Positions 20,099-31,549 of a stretch of 64,000 nucleotides of DNA are shown here, piece by piece. Every line of letters starts with the position of its first letter. The stretch's first letter is position 1. The stretch is taken from the NCBI GenBank assembly GCA_963755515.1, contig CAVWKA010000005.1, positions 108,114 through 172,113 on the forward strand, in the 5' to 3' direction. The position numbers were made by a program, and so were the translations under genes. Under the pieces are notes generated by a model. It did no database searches. It was not told the DNA's origin and worked only from the letters and a program-made list of their open reading frames with translations. This DNA is from an uncultured Verrucomicrobiae bacterium (GTDB lineage: Bacteria; Verrucomicrobiota; Verrucomicrobiia; Limisphaerales; UBA11358).

Positions 20099-20296
20099 TC
20101 AGATTAAGGCCAGCATCAGACTGGATTTCCAGCCGTAATTCCCTGCGCGAACGTTTTGAAAAAAACTCGTGTAGTCCTCCGGCGAGAGGAAATAAAAAAC
20201 CTCGTCAATGACTTGTAACGTCACTCCATAGTTTCTTACGAAATTCTCCGCTTCCTTTTCAAAATCGTGACGGCTCATTTGCCAATTGAGTTTCAA
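20099..20296 (-). CDS. small hypothetical protein or gene fragment
   Basis: 65-aa ORF with plausible composition; no family recognised. Confidence 0.3.
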   Translation of the reverse strand: MKLNWQMSRHDFEKEAENFVRNYGVTLQVIDEVFYFLSPEDYTSFFQNVRAGNYGWKSSLMLALI

Positions 20297-20303
20297 CTTC
20301 CAG

Positions 20304-20395
20304 TCAGTCTTTCCAAGTGGCTATTCCGTTCGGCGAACATTGCAGCCAGCCACAATAGCGTCCATCGGACGATAATGCGTCATAAGCCGCAGTCT
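20304..20395. repeat. copy 1 of a degenerate 92-bp direct repeat
   Basis: Shares exact tcagtctttccaagtg and gataatgcgtcataagccgcagtct blocks, at identical spacing, with 22147-22238. Confidence 0.85.
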
Positions 20396-20465
20396 CTCCG
20401 AAACCTAAAGCCTTTTGTCACCTTCAATCCTTCATCCCGTTGTCCCGCCGCACTCCGAACTCCTC

Positions 20466-21995
20466 TCACCCGTTACTCTTCGCCCTTCCCGTCGGCAGAA
20501 TTCCCAATAATATCAGGCCATAGCCGAACCAAATGGCCAATATTACATCGGACGATGAAAGAAATGCCGTCGCGCTCCACGGGCCATTGGCGCTTTCCAT
20601 TGTCCGGTCGGGATTGAGCACAACGATCATCAGGCAGGCCAAAAAGACAAAAGACGCTAGCAGCCCAAAAATCCATTTCCATTCCAATCTGCCCAGGCGA
20701 TGCACAAACAAAAACGGGATTATGGCAATCGGCAGATACGGCAAGCCAAATTCCCGCCCGGTTGCGTCAAAACACCAAAAAATTTGTTGGAAAATGAGAC
20801 TCATGTGGTCTGTGGGATGCATTTTCTCGTATTGGCCGCAGGTGATGAGATGGAAAAATCCCTCAACAGTCCGCGGATAGGCCCAATTCATCGGCGGATC
20901 CGTCATTGAGGCAATTGGCAAATAGAGATAGAGGGAAAGCCCGGCCAAAAAACAGGCGCAACAGAGAGCGATGGTTTTGATTTCGGTAAACAGCCGCCGC
21001 GTTTTGGCGGCCAGGATAATGCCTGCCAAACCCGCCAGAGTGCCAAGCAGAATAAAAGTCAAAACAAAGCCAGGCCCGTGTTCTTTGATTGAAGGCAGGA
21101 TTCCGCAGGCGCTTGCCACGGTCCAAAGCAAAAATAAAATCAGGCCAGTCACAAACATGTCCCTGCCGACCTTTAGATTTTCCATAGCCACTACGAAGGG
21201 AATTGCCGGCATAAATGCAAAGTGAATTTGGCTGTTGGTCAGCAACAATCCGTAGCAATAGGCGGCGGCGTAAAGGAATCGACAACGGCCCGGCTCATAA
21301 ATCCAGCGCATCAACAGGCAGAGCACGAGGCAGAGAAATGAAATGCTCAACGACCACGGCGCGGCAATCACGGCTTGCGACCAAAGCGCGCTGTTCATTC
21401 CGAAAACCATTCCTGCCGCGTAACCGCAAATGCCCCGCAGCCATTTCTCCTGACTGGAGTTGAGTTGACGCGGAATTTGTTTCAAAATTTCCGCGCCGAC
21501 GCGCGAAACCATCAGGGAAATGATGCCGTAAGCCAGTGCGCTGGCCGTCGCGCTGGCAAACGCCGCGCGCCATGCGATATTTCCTATCGGCAACAATTTG
21601 ATGAACATCCATCCCCAGAGCGTCCATAGCGGGTAGCCGGGCGGGTGCGGCACACCCGGATACATCGCGCCAGTAATGAAGATCCCGGAATTTTCCAAAT
21701 TCACGCTGGGAATGAGAGAAAAATAGTAAACCGCCAGTGAAATAAACGCTGTGGCGCAGAACGCCAACCAATCGGCCTTTTGGAAGAACGGCGGACGGAA
21801 CTTAGGCGGAAAAGCGCCACTGCCAGCACTCATTTCTGGTCCTTTCGGTTTGTCGGAATCCGCAATCATTTCCTGCAATGCCGGTACCGGATAGACACCG
21901 CCATGCCGAAATTTGTATGCGCTGGAGCATTTGCCAGGGCGGGATGGAAAATTTGCGCCAGCTTTTGAACTGCGGCAGTCATCTGCCGCTTTCAT
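20466..21995 (-). CDS. DUF2723 (TMEM260-like) membrane glycosyltransferase; true start probably near 21835-21870
   Basis: 'GVPHPPGYPLW', 'WSQAVI' and 'YLYLPIAS..PPMNWAYP' motifs; multiple TM segments. Confidence 0.8.
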   Translation of the reverse strand: MKAADDCRSSKAGANFPSRPGKCSSAYKFRHGGVYPVPALQEMIADSDKPKGPEMSAGSGAFPPKFRPPFFQKADWLAFCATAFISLAVYYFSLIPSVNLENSGIFITGAMYPGVPHPPGYPLWTLWGWMFIKLLPIGNIAWRAAFASATASALAYGIISLMVSRVGAEILKQIPRQLNSSQEKWLRGICGYAAGMVFGMNSALWSQAVIAAPWSLSISFLCLVLCLLMRWIYEPGRCRFLYAAAYCYGLLLTNSQIHFAFMPAIPFVVAMENLKVGRDMFVTGLILFLLWTVASACGILPSIKEHGPGFVLTFILLGTLAGLAGIILAAKTRRLFTEIKTIALCCACFLAGLSLYLYLPIASMTDPPMNWAYPRTVEGFFHLITCGQYEKMHPTDHMSLIFQQIFWCFDATGREFGLPYLPIAIIPFLFVHRLGRLEWKWIFGLLASFVFLACLMIVVLNPDRTMESANGPWSATAFLSSSDVILAIWFGYGLILLGILPTGRAKSNG

Positions 21996-22146
21996 TCGTT
22001 CCTACCAGATTGCTCCGGGGGGGAGCGAGATCAAAACAAAGCGGAAATGGCTAAGCTTACATAAGATTTAACAATTTTCGGGGTAATGCAACTGCTGAAA
22101 ACAAGCGGAAATCCGCCTAATTCCGCTGACGTGAAACGGTTTTCAA

Positions 22147-22238
22147 TCAGTCTTTCCAAGTGATTATTCCGTCCGGCGCAAATTTCAGCCAAGTGGAAAA
22201 CCGGCTATCCGGTGATAATGCGTCATAAGCCGCAGTCT
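22147..22238. repeat. copy 2 of the degenerate 92-bp direct repeat
   Basis: See 20304-20395. Confidence 0.85.
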
Positions 22239-22336
22239 TCCAGCCGGCGTAATTTGCCGTGCCCGGCGCAAAAAAACAGTTGCGCCCCCAACTCAAGTGA
22301 ATTTTAATCAATATGCAATTACCGCCAGCGTTGACT

Positions 22337-23438
22337 ATGAAAACAAAGCTGCAAGCCGTGTTCATCGGGCTGGCAATCATTGCTGGCGTTCACCAAACCA
22401 CGGCGCAAGTCTCCAATCTGGGCATCGCCCCGGTCCCGGGCGGGCAATCCGTCCTTTACTGGCCGAACAGCCCGACGAATTATGTTTTGCAAACCGTCAC
22501 CAACCTCTCGTCAACCAACTGGTTGACGGCGCGAACGGCGTTAGCGGCCAATGCGGCGGAGGCGACCAACTCGGCCCCGTCCGGCTTCTTTCGATTGCAG
22601 TCCGTGACTGTGCCGGCGGGCATGGCGTTGATACCGGCGGGCTGGTTCACGATGGGGGACACGGTGGATGGCGAGAGCGACGCCATCCCGACGAATGTCT
22701 ATGTGTCGGCATTTGTGATGGACATGAATCTGGTCAACTACGGTTTGTGGACCAACGTGTATGCGTATGCCACGAGCCACGGCTACAATTTTGTGAATGC
22801 GGGAGGGAATGGAGGCACAGGCACGAATTATCCGGTGACTGTTGTGAACTGGTATGATTGCGTGAAGTGGTGCAACGCGCGGTCGCAGCAGGCGAGTTTG
22901 ACGCCCTGTTATTGCACGGACGCGGCCATGACCCAGGTATATACCAATGGGGATGTGGATACCGTGTATGTAGAACTGGTCGGCCAATGGGTATCGTTTG
23001 CCGACGGAAGCGGAATGGGAGAAGGCGGCGCGCGGGGGCGGCATCGGGCGGCGGTTTCCGTGGGGAAATCTGATCCGAACAGATCAAGCCCAATACACTT
23101 ACAATTCGAGCGTCAGCTATGATTTCGGGCCGGCCAACTCGCCATCAGGCCCGAGTCCGGTGGGTTCGTTTGATGCCAATGGCTATGGATTATACGACAT
23201 GGCGGGGAATGTGTTTGAGTGGTGCTGGGACTGGTATGGGACGCCGTATGGCCAACCGACGACGACCAATCCAACTGGGCCGAGCGCCGAACCCGGCGGT
23301 TCTGGCAACGGCGTCCGTGTGTTGTGCGGCGGCAGTTGGCGCGGCAGCGCCGGCCTCGCGCGGTGCGCCTCTCGCGTCGGCGGCGACCCGGACGGCGCCG
23401 GCGACGGCTTTGGGTTCCGTTGTGTGAGGGGGCTTTAG
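22337..23438 (+). CDS. exported FGE-sulfatase/SUMF1 (C-type lectin fold) protein, DGR target-like; one extra base near 22973
   Basis: Signal peptide; 'IPAGWFTMG', 'PVTVVNWYDCVKWCN', '(YRL)PTEAEWEKAARGG', 'NGYGLYDMAGNVFEW' and 'GGSW...GFRCVR' motifs. Confidence 0.88.
23316..23438 (+). other. putative DGR variable region (VR)
   Basis: Non-conserved codons between the fixed GGSW/A/ARCA/R/P/GFRCV residues are nearly all NNC, as expected from A-mutagenised AAC codons. Confidence 0.7.
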
Positions 23439-23552
23439 TTTTTGCTCTTTTACGCTTTAACCCTTTTGCGCTGGAGCGCTAGCGGTCAGGCTGAAGGGCA
23501 GGACACACAAAAACCAGCCCCGCGCCGCGGTCAATTTTTTTGAGAAAATAAC

Positions 23553-23675
23553 ATGGCCGAGAACGACAATCTTTTGACGAAGCTGCAAGACCTGCTACTG
23601 TATCTCATCCCGCAACTGAACAAGCTTCCGCGCGACCAGAAGTTCGTGCTGGCTTGCCCGCGAACGTCCAAATGA
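23553..23675 (+). pseudogene. avd: truncated DGR accessory protein Avd (N-terminal 33 aa)
   Basis: Manual translation MAENDNLLTKLQDLLLYLIPQLNKLPRDQKFVL-ACPRTSK*; resembles the Avd 'P.L.K.PR..KF.LG' N-terminus, then breaks off. Confidence 0.7.
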
Positions 23676-23794
23676 CGTTGTGCGTTATTCGTGCATAACG
23701 GTGTAGCCGTACTTCCTGCACAGTTCGTTGCAAAACGAGTGGCATTTAAATTCTACGTCGCGCAGAGTGAAATTTGCGCCGCGCTCTTTAAAAG

Positions 23795-24595
23795 TTATTC
23801 CGGCCGGGGCGAGGGCGTTTGCCAGTTTAGATGCCAGTAGAGTTGCCAGAGGCTTTCCAGTTTTTCCAGTTCCACGTGGCCGTCGGCAAATCCGACATTG
23901 ATGGCGCCGGGCAACCGTTGGCGGGTGTCAAAATTCTGCGGGGCTTGGGACGGGATCATGCTGCCGTGCCGCGCAATGGTGCAACGCGCCATCCCTTCGT
24001 CATCGAAATTGCCGTCGTAAAGGTCCGTGCTGGGAGGGCTGGTTTCCAGCGGCCAGCAATCCACCCACATGGCATCGCAAAACACCGGCGTCTCCGATGG
24101 CCTCTGGATCATTGACTGCCTGCTCATCATGTACCGCGGGTTGTCGAGCGCGCTATACATGGGTTTGTCGTAAAGCCAGCCGTTCAAGGCGTAGCTGCCG
24201 ACATAACCGTTGGAGGCCCCTTCCCAAACCCAGGGCAGATCCGAGGTTCCCGGCCCGAAGCCGTTCGCCGACGGCGTTCCTTCATGCGTGGAGGGGCAGA
24301 TTAATATCTTCAACTGGTTGGCCAGGTTTGGATTTCCCATCCAGAGCGCATCGGTGGCGGCGTTGTCATCGTAGTTGGCTTGTGAGCCGGAATCGGTCGC
24401 GTAAAGGTAACTGGCCAGGGTCAACTGTTTGACATTGCTGAGGCAATTGGCCTGTTGCGCCCTGCGCTTGGCCGCGGCGAGCGTCGGCAGCAGTAACGCC
24501 GCCAAAATAGCGATGACCGCGATGACCACCAGCAATTCAATCAGAGTGAACGCCGCCTTCCATTTCATCATTGGAAGAAACTCTTGTTTGCCCAT
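23795..24595 (-). CDS. prepilin-type N-terminal cleavage/methylation protein (DUF1559-like, H-X9-DG type)
   Basis: [30 protein letters not shown] and RH...[11 protein letters not shown] motifs. Confidence 0.9.
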   Translation of the reverse strand: MGKQEFLPMMKWKAAFTLIELLVVIAVIAILAALLLPTLAAAKRRAQQANCLSNVKQLTLASYLYATDSGSQANYDDNAATDALWMGNPNLANQLKILICPSTHEGTPSANGFGPGTSDLPWVWEGASNGYVGSYALNGWLYDKPMYSALDNPRYMMSRQSMIQRPSETPVFCDAMWVDCWPLETSPPSTDLYDGNFDDEGMARCTIARHGSMIPSQAPQNFDTRQRLPGAINVGFADGHVELEKLESLWQLYWHLNWQTPSPRPE

Positions 24596-24682
24596 GGCTG
24601 CAAGTTGAATTTGGATTTCCCATTTGGTTTCATGCCCGCAACCAGCGTGGGCTGTTTTTCAGGATTTTGACTCCCCTCTGCG

Positions 24683-24747
24683 ACATTCGTGTCGTTTTGA
24701 GCACTGTCCCAAGTGCCGTCAGCGCAAAAAATAATTCGTTTGCTCAT
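24683..24747 (-). pseudogene. N-terminal fragment of a DUF2235 (Tle1-like alpha/beta hydrolase) gene
   Basis: MSKRIIFCADGTWDSAQNDTNV matches the DUF2235 'KRI..C.DGTW....TNV' start, then diverges. Confidence 0.65.
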
Positions 24748-24918
24748 TTTGATCTCCATCTCATTTGTTCAATTTCTGATTTGATATATCAAACATTTTC
24801 AAGTCTGCTAAAACTGTTTTTGCTTCGGAAGCACCTCCAAAAAAACCTTACTGAGAATTGAATTTTCTATGGACATTTCGCCGCTTCTGTGGTAATAATA
24901 ATACCACAAAGAAAAACT

Positions 24919-25288
24919 ATGTTTGGAACCTTCATCAAAGAATTGAGGGCGCGAAAGCGCCTCGGCCTGCGCGAATTCTGTCTGGAGCACGGCCACGACC
25001 CCAGCAACTGGAGCAAAATCGAGCGGGAAGTCCTCCCTCCGCCGCAGCGACGAGGAAACGCTGCGCAAATGGGCCAGGCAACTCGGCCTCAAGCCCGGCT
25101 CGGACGACTGGCACAAATTCCACGACTACGCCGCCGTGGACGCCGGGCGCATCCCCGACCACGTCATGGAAAATGAGGAATTGCTGGCCAAGCTCCCCGC
25201 CTTCTTCCGCACGCTCTCCGGCCAAAAACCCTCGCGGGAAGATTTGGAAAAACTGATCAAAATCATCAGAAGCGCCAACCGACCTTGA
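24919..25288 (+). CDS. XRE-family HTH regulator (frameshift near 25047)
   Basis: FGTFIKELR...PSNWSKIER; continues in another frame as DEETLRKWARQLG...AGRIP...LPAFFRT. Confidence 0.75.
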
Positions 25289-25922
25289 ACGACCCGGGAA
25301 AATTCAAAGCCCCATTCATCCCCAAAGGAAAGAATCTGGCAGGAAACCGAAAAGCTGCGTGCGGCCCATGCGGCGGGGCGGATCGTGCCGGTTCAGAGTG
25401 CTTGAACTCGCCGAATTTGATCTCGGCCTCGAACTGGTTCCGGCGGAAGGCTTGCGCGAGGAACTGGAAATTGACGCGCTGCTCATGGGCGATTTGAAGT
25501 CGATTCTGGTGGACCGGCGCGCCTTTATGAACCCGCGCATGGAATACCGCCTGCGCTTCTCCGTCGCGCACGAAATCGGCCATCTCATTTTGCACCGCGC
25601 CATCTACGGCGGCCGGAAACATGCCAGCGCCAAGGAATGGTTCGATTACATCGCCGCCCTTCCCGATGTCGAATACGGCTGGGTGGAATGGCAGGCTTAT
25701 GAATTTGCCGGACGCCTGCTGGTCCCGCCCGATGCATTGCGCCAGGCCTTTCAATCCGCAATCAAATCCGCGCAAGCTGCCGGCTATTCCGACTGGCTGG
25801 CTGCCGATGAAGCCGCGCTGGATTACATCGCCACGCGCATCGCGCCAAAGTTCGGCGTCTCGGCGGAAGTGATTGCCAAACGCTTGCGCGTGGAAAAATT
25901 ATGGCCGCCGACCACCATTTAA
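25285..25922 (+). CDS. ImmA/IrrE-family metallopeptidase (frameshifted 5' part)
   Basis: RLRFSVAHEIGH (HExxH), EWQAYEFAGRLLVP and FGVS motifs. Confidence 0.85.
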
Positions 25923-26059
25923 CCCGGTCCATCGTGAATCGAACCGCTGGCGGCGAAAAGATTCAGCGGCTCAAGGATAGCGGTCACGTCCGGCCGCTTG
26001 CTGATGGCCGCTTGCGTGGAAGTCGCGGATTTTTTGACAAATGGAAATGGCAAAAATTT

Positions 26060-28069
26060 TTACGATGCCGGAGGCTGCGATTTCGGCAACAAGCCGTGAA
26101 ATGATGACGAGCAGCACCACGACCACCACCGCCAGAATGCCCCAGAAGAGCACGCCGCCCTGTCCCGGCACTTGATTTTCACGCCACGAAGATTTTTTGA
26201 GTTGCTCCTCGGCGGAAAGCGACGCGATTTTTTTCTCCGCCGCCAGCAATTGTCCGGCGACGAGGCTCAAATCATAACTCGGCGGCGACACGCGCGGATT
26301 GCCGTAGTAAAGAAACAGTTCGTCGTCCGGCTTTCGCCTTGAACAGCATTCGCGTGGCCGGATAAAACGCCGTGAATTTTTCCAGTTCGATCGGCGGATT
26401 GTCGCCGTTCTCCGTTTCGAGAAACAACGTGTCGCTCTGCGGCGCGCTGTCCAACGTCAGCGCAAATTCTTTCGACTTGCGCTCCGGCGTTTGCGTCCAC
26501 GTCGCGCTCGCCAAGTGCGTGCCGATATTTGTCACCGCGCTCATCGGTGAGTTCTTCGTAAAGCGACATCGAGCGTTCAAACAACGGCGTTGGCGAGACG
26601 CAAGTCAAGCGCGTCAGACGGCAAATCGGCTTGCGGAAGTTTGATGATCCAGCGGCTCAACTTCGGATTTTTCGCGTCGTTCGTCGCGGTGACCGACGGC
26701 GCGAGCGCGCGGCTGATGGACGTGCGCTGGATGATGTAAGGCACCTGGTTGCTGCCGCGCAACACGCGCAAATCCGCGAAGTCCGGCCTGCGCGTGCGCG
26801 AGCACGTCGAGGTCGAGTTCGATTTGTTGCGCGCCGCGCGCTGGAAATTTCACCGGCTTGCGGAATTTCCATTCCGAAACGTCGAGCGCCGCGCCGGTCA
26901 CTTCAAGTCCGGGCAAAACTTCCGGCGCGCGAAAATCCGGGTTGTCCGACGGCGGCGGAATTTTAATCGGTGAAACTGGCACGCCTTTCAGATTCATGCC
27001 CAGCGCGGCCAGATCGTAGCGCGGCGCGGCGCAATGAGCGTTGCCGGTGAGCAAATGAAATGTGCCCGGCTGCCGCGCGAGGAAAACGAGATAAACCGGC
27101 CGCCGCTCCACGCGCACGGCAGAAATCGGGCAGCGGCGGGCTGTCGCCGTTTTTGATGAAGAAAATCAATTCGCGCGACGCGCACCAGATTTTCCAGCGG
27201 CACGGAAAGATTTTCGGAAGCGTGGCTGGCCTTCGACGGCGACGCGATAAACCACGCCTTGCCCGATGGTTTGTTCGCGAATGGAGTCCTCCGAAATCTT
27301 GCGGGACGGCGACGGAAACCTGGCGCATGAAAAGCGGTTCGGCGGTTTCAAGTTGGACCGAGGCGACGCTCAAATTCGCCGCGCCGAGATTCAACGCCAG
27401 CCGCGTTTCGCCGGGATTTTCGTCACGTTCGGTGATCGCGGCTGGAATCAATTCTCCGGGCGCAGGCTCGCCCGGTGGCCGCATGGACGAGCGCGCCGGT
27501 GAAGGGAACCGGCTGCGAACGCTGGTCGTCCACCGTCAGCCGCAGCCATTTTGAAGACGGCCGGCGGAAATGAAATTTGCAGGTGGCTTGCGCCGTAGGG
27601 CTGGCGAAAAATCGGCTGGCCTTGCGCGAGACGTCTGCCAGTGCTTGCCGTCGTCGGAACTTTCAACGCGCACGGCCTTGATGAAATCCATCGCCGGACG
27701 TTTCCAGCGTGACGCCATCGAGCGGCTGCGCCAGTCCCGTTTCGAGCGTGATGACGGTGTTGTTCGCGTTGAGCGAAACTTGAAACGATTTTGCCGTTCT
27801 GAACGATTTTCGGCGATCGGAACGGGACGTTCGATCAAATACGGAATTTCATTTCCCGCGTCGTCGTAGAGCCGCAAGTCTTCGAGTGCGGGACGCGCGG
27901 CGTCGAGCGTTTCAACCGGCAAACTGATTTTCACAAGTCCGGTTGTGGAAACGTCGAACGATTGTTCGTGCTGCCAGTCGGATGGCAGATTCGCGGCGGT
28001 TGCGGAAACGCCGAGCAAGAGCGCGCAACCGCAGAGCCAGCCTGCCGGAAAATTATTGAGACGTTTCAT
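26060..28069 (-). CDS. DUF3999-like exported protein with C-terminal TM (multiple frameshifts)
   Basis: Signal peptide; 'DLRLYD..GNEIPY', 'NGDSPPL', 'GN....APRYDL' and 'PPSYDL..' fragments across frames; follows DUF2339. Confidence 0.7.
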
Positions 28070-31000
28070 CTTTTGATTCCTTCTCCTTGTTGCCGGCGGC
28101 GAAGAATTTTTGATACGCAAACGACGCGAGCATCGCGATCACCGCCACGCCGACGAACGCGCCGATGCGGTAAAGCTGGCCGAGTTGCGCCAGGTCGTGG
28201 AAGAAAAGTTTCAGCAGCGTGACGCACAGCAAGCCCATGGCGGCATAGCGTGCGGCGGGAATTTTTTTGAGAATGCCATAAACGAGCAACACCAGCGCGA
28301 ACAGCGCCCACGCGATGGAATAGGTCATGTCGCGCGCGAAGTTGCCGCTGAATTGAAACGTCAGCGTCGAGCCGGGCGCGCTGAAATAGTCGGCGATTTC
28401 GATGTTCAACAGCAGAAACGCCAGCACGGTGCCGCAGTCCGGCGAGAATCGGCGGGACATTCGATTTCAAAACGAGATTGCGCGGCGGCGCGAGAAGTTT
28501 TGCCCCGGCGAACAAGACAGACGGTCACGATGCCGTAGGCGTAGAGATACCAGTTGAAAATCGGCGTCGCGGCGCGCGGATGGTATTCGAGCACGGCGGG
28601 ATTGAGCGCGAGCCGGACGAACGCGGCGACGAGCAGGCCGACGCCGGCCAACCGCAAACCCGGATGCGGCACGCGATGGAACAGCCACAGCAACGCCGCG
28701 CCTTCCAGCGCCCAGCCGATGGTGATCCATTGCCGGTCGAATTGGATCGGGAAAATCAGCGTGATGAAAAACAGCGCCACGCCGCCAAACCACGCGAGTT
28801 GCGTCATGCGCGATTTGTTTTCGGCGGAAATGTGTTTTCAAGACGACGACGAGGCTCAACAATCCGGGAATCGCAAACGCGGCGGGCAGCAAGCCCATGA
28901 TTTGATTCGGATAGACGGCGGATACGAAGCGGTGGATGAGGAAAAATTGCGGCGGCCCGGCCATCGCCGCGGCGGCCCACGGAACAACTTTGTTTTCAAA
29001 TTGTCGCAGAAATAAAAACGGAAACACCGCGAACACGGCGAAGAAAATCAAATACCACGTCAAAACCAGATTCAGCGGCTGATTTGGATTCGCGGGATCG
29101 AAACGGTTGAAATGCCAGGCGCATTCGAGCGCAGTCACGCACGCGAGGCCGATGGCCGGCATCCAGTCGAGCGAAAACAATTTTGTCACGCCAAGCAACA
29201 GCACGACCAGCAGCAGCGCCAGACCGAACACCGGCGATGGATTGATCAACGGCAGCCGCAGCGTGGCCATGATGAGCAGCAGAAACGGCAGCACGATGGA
29301 GCAGGCGGGCAGAATCGCGGCCAAGTCGCCCGGCGCGGCAAGGTCGTCGCCGAATTTGACCCCGGTTTTCAGCGCGTCGGGCTTGAATTTTCTCACAAGC
29401 CAGATGCTGGCGGCGACGAAGAAAACCACGAACGCGCCGAGCAGGAAAAACGAAATCGGCAGGCCGGTGAGGTCGGACGGGATTTTGAAAATGAGCGCGC
29501 CGGTGGCGGCGAGCGTCAGCAACAACACCGCCAGCACCGGCAGCAACGTGGCCGTCAGCACCGCCAGCGCGATGGCCAGCAAATCCACGAGCAGAATGAA
29601 CGGCCAGACGATGAACGAAACTTCCGCGAGTTTGAAAACCGGCACGAGCACGAGCGCGAGCGCGAGAATCGGGAAAAATGTGATTCGCCCAGGTTTGGCG
29701 TCGTTACGCCGCGCCGGCGCTGGAGCAACGCGGGCAAAGCCGAATGGACGACCGCGAAGATGAAATAAAACGCGAGCGCGGCATTGAGCAATTCGTTGGA
29801 CAGAGATTTTGCAGTCCAGAAGGCGAGCAGTCCAAAAACGGCGAAGCCGGAGACGGATTGCGCCGGAGAAATTTTTTCGTCAAGCCAGGCGACGGCGATG
29901 GCGACCAGGTCAATCAGGAAAACGAAACCGAACATCAGCCACGGCCGTTGCGCGAGCGGCGCGAAATCCAGAAACCACAGCGGTGAACGCCAGCGCGACG
30001 GCGACGAGGCCAAGCGCCGAGCCGGAGAGCCATTGAGTTGATTTGACTCGCGGCTGTCTTCGCCCACCAGTTCGCCGCAAGCCAAAGCGCGTTGAAGCCC
30101 AGCAGCACGGCGAGCGCGATGAGGATTTTGTTTCCTTCAAAATATCTTTCGCTGACGAAAAACTTTCGCGCCCAGCCGATTTGCATGATGGCCGTGCCGA
30201 GCGCGGCGAGCGCGGTGAGGAAATACCAGCGGCGATGCAGCGCGACGACAATCAGCCCGGCGTCGAGGATGGCGATGTAGCCGAACAGGCCGAGCGGATT
30301 GTCCTGGCCGGTCGAAAGCAGAATCGGCGTGAGGAAACCGCCCAGCATTCCGAGGATGGCGACGACCAGGGCATTAAGCCGGACGGCCAGCAAAGAAAGC
30401 CGTGGTCGTGATGAGCGCCATCAGCAGAAACGTCGGAATCGGCCCGAAGAATTCAAAATGATAAATCGAGCGGCACGCGAACGTGACGGCGTAGAGAATG
30501 ACGACGCCGGTCGCGCACAAAGTTTGCGAGAGCGCGGGGAAATTTTTGCGCGACATCACCACGCCGCCGACGAGCAGGCCGAGGCCGGTCGAGGAAACCG
30601 ATGGCCACGCGCAGTTCGGGCGGGACGAGATTGTTGTCGAACGAGTATTTGACGAAAAACGCAACGCCGAGGAACAGCGCGAGTCCGCCGACCCATGCGA
30701 AGCCTTTCACGCCCATGAATTGTTCCCAATTGATTTTCGGAGCGGGTCGTCCCGACGATTCGGGCGCAGCGGCGAACGGCGGAATAGATTCGGAAACAAT
30801 TTGCGGTTCGGGTTTTAGTTCCTGCGGAATTGGCGGAGGTGCGACAGTTTGTGGGATTTCTGGCGAAACAATGGATTGCGGAATAATAATTGGTTTCTGC
30901 GGCGCAATTTGAATTGGCGCGACAGGCTTTGGTTGCGGCACGACTTCGGTTGATTTTGCCATTTCGCCCTCGCGCTCCTGCCGCAAACGAAGCGTTTCCA

Positions 31001-31136
31001 TTTCAAGCGTGCCGACGCGACGGGACAGTTCTTCGATGCGGTTGCCTGCGCTAACGGCGCGCACAATCAGCCAGATTGCCAGCGCAATCGGAATTCCAAG
31101 AATGACCAAGACGACAAGAGCGATGCCGGGTTCCAT
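28053..31136 (-). CDS. DUF2339 family large membrane protein (multiple frameshifts)
   Basis: 'WEQFMGVKGFAWVGGLALFLGVAFFVKY', 'GGFLTPILLSTG' and 'KLFFHDL..L..LYRIGAF' motifs. Confidence 0.8.
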
Positions 31137-31549
31137 AATTTTATTTCAACTGGCGATACGACTTGGCTGCGCGCAGTCTGCGCCTCGTTGCCGGCTTGTG
31201 GCAAGCCAATAAAAGTCGCACGCATTGAAGTTGAAGTTTGGTTGAACTCATCTTCTGACAAAATAAGCGCCAACGATCCCAATGAGTTAATTGAAAAAAT
31301 TGATCGGATAATCAATAAAAACGATACTGTATTTTCCCTCTTTACGTCCGAGGCCATGCCAAATGTGCAGTTCACACAAGTCGCTTCACACGCCGCTTGT
31401 TGTCACGTCCGGCGATTTGCTGATGGCGGCTTTGGTATCGTCCGCAACTTCTGAATCATCACAGGCAACGATTTGCCTCATTCAATCCCCTCTCCTGCCA
31501 CCATCCCGATTCCTGTTTCGGAATTTTTTTTCTGCGCTAGACTGTTAAG

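Noticed and set aside
23440..24000. Complete, active DGR in this window
   Set aside because: No AAC-rich template repeat and no reverse transcriptase motifs were found by eye anywhere in the window
31140..31500. AT-rich ORFs 31067-31375 and 31188-31454
   Set aside because: No recognisable family or convincing start; may be a decayed fragment
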